A DNA stretch of 62,803 nt from an uncultured Gammaproteobacteria bacterium (GTDB lineage: Bacteria; Patescibacteriota; Patescibacteriia; UBA1558; S5-K13): positions 1 to 62,803 of the forward strand of contig CAZAOE010000004.1 in the NCBI GenBank assembly GCA_964486685.1, given 5' to 3'. Position numbers and translations under genes: made by a program. Below, piece by piece: positions 60,630 to 62,803 of the stretch. Under the pieces are notes generated by a model. It was not told the origin of the DNA. It saw nothing but the letters and a program-made list of their open reading frames with translations, and did not search any database. How positions within the stretch are numbered: position 1 is the first letter of the stretch; each line of letters opens with the position of its first letter.

Positions 60630-61097
60630 TAAATATTTACTTTGCTTAATAATTTGCAGGGCCTGCTCTGGATCATTGATAGTTACAAAAAATTTCTTAT
60701 TCTTCTTGGTCTCAATCATTAAACCATCTCCAGTTCTAGCAATATAACCCATAATCCTATGTCTATTAAATCTAACACCATAGCCAAAAAAATTTCCTTT
60801 ACTAGTATCTATAATTATAGATTTAAGATCATTTTTAGCTATTTTGCTTTTAAAAAAACCATAACCAAACTCCAAACCCTCACTAGTAATTTTAAATTTA
60901 AGTTCATAAAAACTTCTAAAAATAAATATATCTACTAAAAAAATAACGCCTAATATAATTCTGGTAATCCAGGGTAAAGGTGGCAATCCCATTCCTGGCG
61001 GACTGATTATTAACAACAATAAGACCAAAGAAGAAAACAAATAAATCGCTGTTAATAAAAAATAGGACTTTTGTTTTTGTTCATGGATGATGTACAT
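60612..61097 (-). CDS. hypothetical membrane protein (two TM helices plus a small soluble, possibly bacterial-PH-like domain)
   Basis: 161 aa. No confident family assignment. Confidence 0.45.
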   Translation of the reverse strand: MYIIHEQKQKSYFLLTAIYLFSSLVLLLLIISPPGMGLPPLPWITRIILGVIFLVDIFIFRSFYELKFKITSEGLEFGYGFFKSKIAKNDLKSIIIDTSKGNFFGYGVRFNRHRIMGYIARTGDGLMIETKKNKKFFVTINDPEQALQIIKQSKYLPLHLI

Positions 61098-61486
61098 AGG
61101 GGTTAGGAATTAAGGGATAGGTTGTAGGAAATTAGGGGGTAGGTTTTAGGGAATTGGGGGGTAGGGATTAGGAGGTAGGTTGTAGGGAATTAGAAGGTAG
61201 GGATTAGGAGATTAGAAAATTGGAGTCGGGTCTAATTTTTACCTTTTACCTTTCCCCTTTTGCCTTTCTACTTACTTAATTTTATCATATTGAGCGTGGA
61301 TTGTCATTTGGGGTGAATGGATTGGTAATGGATAATAGTTTTTTATCTAATAAGATAAGTACTATTTGTTGAAAAATGAATAAATACAAATTCTAAATTT
61401 AGCTTAACTTATTTTAATAAAGTATTGTTTCGTTATATAGTAAAATATAATTATTTTAATTTTGTCTGAAGATATTTTTTCTTTTT

Positions 61487-61691
61487 CTACTTTTTTCTAG
61501 AAAAAAGTAGAGTCCCGCCTGCCAACGCCTGATGCCGTTAGGCTATGGCGGGCAGGCAAAAAGTCGCGCCTGTACAAAAATTTAGACAATTCATCATTAA
61601 GATAAATGAATTTCAATACTCGTCATACTTATTCCTCGTAGAAATTCTATTTGTCTTCATTCGAATTGTATCTAAATTTTTGTAAGGGCGC
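61487..61691. repeat. composite long-hairpin element, copy B (with a nested GC-rich hairpin at 61513-61557)
   Basis: Palindrome CTACTTTTTTCTAGAAAAAAGTAG at 61487-61510. Arms are GTCGCGCCTGTACAAAAATTTAG at 61563-61585 and CTAAATTTTTGTAAGGGCGC at 61672-61691. Confidence 0.85.
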
Positions 61692-61870
61692 TTAAAATAC
61701 AAATACAAAACTATTGTAATAATTATATTTTATTGTTTTAAGCGTTTACAGTGTTTGATGGAGAGCCAAGGGGAGTATATTATAACTTTTTTAACCCCTC
61801 CTATCCTCCCCTTGCAAAGGGGAAAAAATTAAGGTAAATAAATCCCCACACTTCAAGAAGTGTGGGGATA

Positions 61871-61905
61871 AAAAAAACCGCTGGAATAAAACCAACGGTT
61901 TTTTA
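61871..61905. terminator. bidirectional terminator-like hairpin AAAAAAAACCGCTGG-AATAAAA-CCAACGGTTTTTT
   Basis: 7 of 8 bp stem flanked by an A8 run and a T6 run, immediately after the stop of the minus-strand ORF 61924..62433. Confidence 0.5.
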
Positions 61906-61923
61906 TCAAATATCAAAATGAAA

Positions 61924-62433
61924 TTATTCTGCTTCTTGAGATTCTATATATTTTTGAATGGCCTGAACTACTTTTCCGTCTTCTTTTAAATCTTCAATAA
62001 AAAGAATATGGTCGCGGTTAATACGCATTTCATCATTAGGACCATGCAATTCATTGCCTAATTTTACCAAAGACAATTCACTTTGTTCTGTTTGGCCTTC
62101 TGTGGCTGGTTGAATGGCTCGAGTAACCTGCAAGTAATAAATATCTTTTAAAGTTACTATGTCAGAATTTTCACGAGAGGTCTGTCCAAAATAAACCTGT
62201 CCATTAGATAAAAATACGGCCTGATATTTGCCAGAAGCTCCGGTCTTATCAATTCCTAAAACATTCCAATTTGTAATTCTAGAAACGGCATATAAACCAG
62301 CCAAAATGATTAAAACCACAATGATTAAAACAATCAACCAGCGTAAAAAACTACCTTTTTTCTTTTTGGAGCTTTCTAGATTGCTTGCTCCTAACGGGGC
62401 AGATTTGATATCTGCAGTCACTTTTTTGTCCAT
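61924..62433 (-). CDS. hypothetical membrane-anchored protein
   Basis: 169 aa with a basic N-terminus, one TM helix (WLIVLIIVVLIILAGLYAV) and a soluble C-terminal domain. No family recognised. Confidence 0.45.
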   Translation of the reverse strand: MDKKVTADIKSAPLGASNLESSKKKKGSFLRWLIVLIIVVLIILAGLYAVSRITNWNVLGIDKTGASGKYQAVFLSNGQVYFGQTSRENSDIVTLKDIYYLQVTRAIQPATEGQTEQSELSLVKLGNELHGPNDEMRINRDHILFIEDLKEDGKVVQAIQKYIESQEAE

Positions 62434-62449
62434 AATTCTTTATCCTTTT

Positions 62450-62540
62450 CCGTCCTCCGAAGCTTTCTTGACCTCCGATTTATCCTCCGAAAATTTATTG
62501 AAGGAGGAAGATTTATCGAAGGAGGTAGCGTAGGAGGGCT
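62450..62540. repeat. word-array hairpin (CCTCCGA x3 ... GGAGG x3)
   Basis: CCGTCCTCCGAAGCTTTCTTGACCTCCGATTTATCCTCCGAAAATTTATTGAAGGAGGAAGATTTATCGAAGGAGGTAGCGTAGGAGGG. Shares GTCCTCCGAAGCTT with 17221-17336. Confidence 0.8.
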
Positions 62541-62803
62541 TTATTTTTAATTAATTATGTAAATATGCTTTTACCTATCGCCTTTTTTAAAAAGGTGATG
62601 GGTTTATTTTAGCATATTCATTAAATTTTTCAAGTGGAAAACCCCTCTATATCTCCCCTTGGTAAGGGGAGAATGAATCCCTCCGGCCTTTGCCCTTAAC
62701 TCCCTTATCCCCTCACCCCCATCCCCTCTCCACCCCTTTTGTCTCTCAACAAGCTCGAGACATTTCCCCCTATTCAGGGGGAATAGGGAGAGGGGTTAGG
62801 GGT

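Overview
AT-rich, gene-dense bacterial chromosome segment. The small housekeeping set, the degenerate or domain-reduced enzymes and the near absence of Shine-Dalgarno sequences suggest a reduced-genome Patescibacteria/CPR-type organism; this is inference, no search was run. I support about 58 protein genes: five aaRS (asnS, aspS, gltX, serS, lysS), glycolysis (tpiA, a PFK, gpmI, eno, pgk), cell envelope and division (SEDS protein, FtsQ-like, FemAB-like, DegT, MltG, UppP, DD-carboxypeptidase, M23 peptidase, glycosyltransferases), scpAB, a priA-like gene, def-fmt, ahcY plus adenosine kinase, four tRNAs and rpmG. The code is standard, since TGA terminates at least two good ORFs. I see no rRNA, CRISPR array, transposase or recognisable defence operon. 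The interesting signal is mostly non-coding. (1) Several interrelated hairpin-repeat families fill the intergenic space. One is a CCCGTWA/TWACGGG family whose 3' arm ends exactly at the start codon of four genes. Another is a ~190-nt composite long hairpin present twice. A third is a set of GC-rich hairpins, for which one filled-versus-empty site comparison argues mobility. (2) At least five loci carry an accessory segment bracketed by direct duplications of the downstream gene's leader or terminus: a RhuM gene, a repeat-protein gene, a DUF559 gene, a tRNA pair and an fmt 3' end. (3) Degenerate 5'-half copies sit upstream of three tRNA genes. (4) A few genes carry strong SD sites, looking foreign. 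Several protein-level oddities are also listed. All coordinates were counted by hand from the printed sequence. No database search or folding computation was possible.
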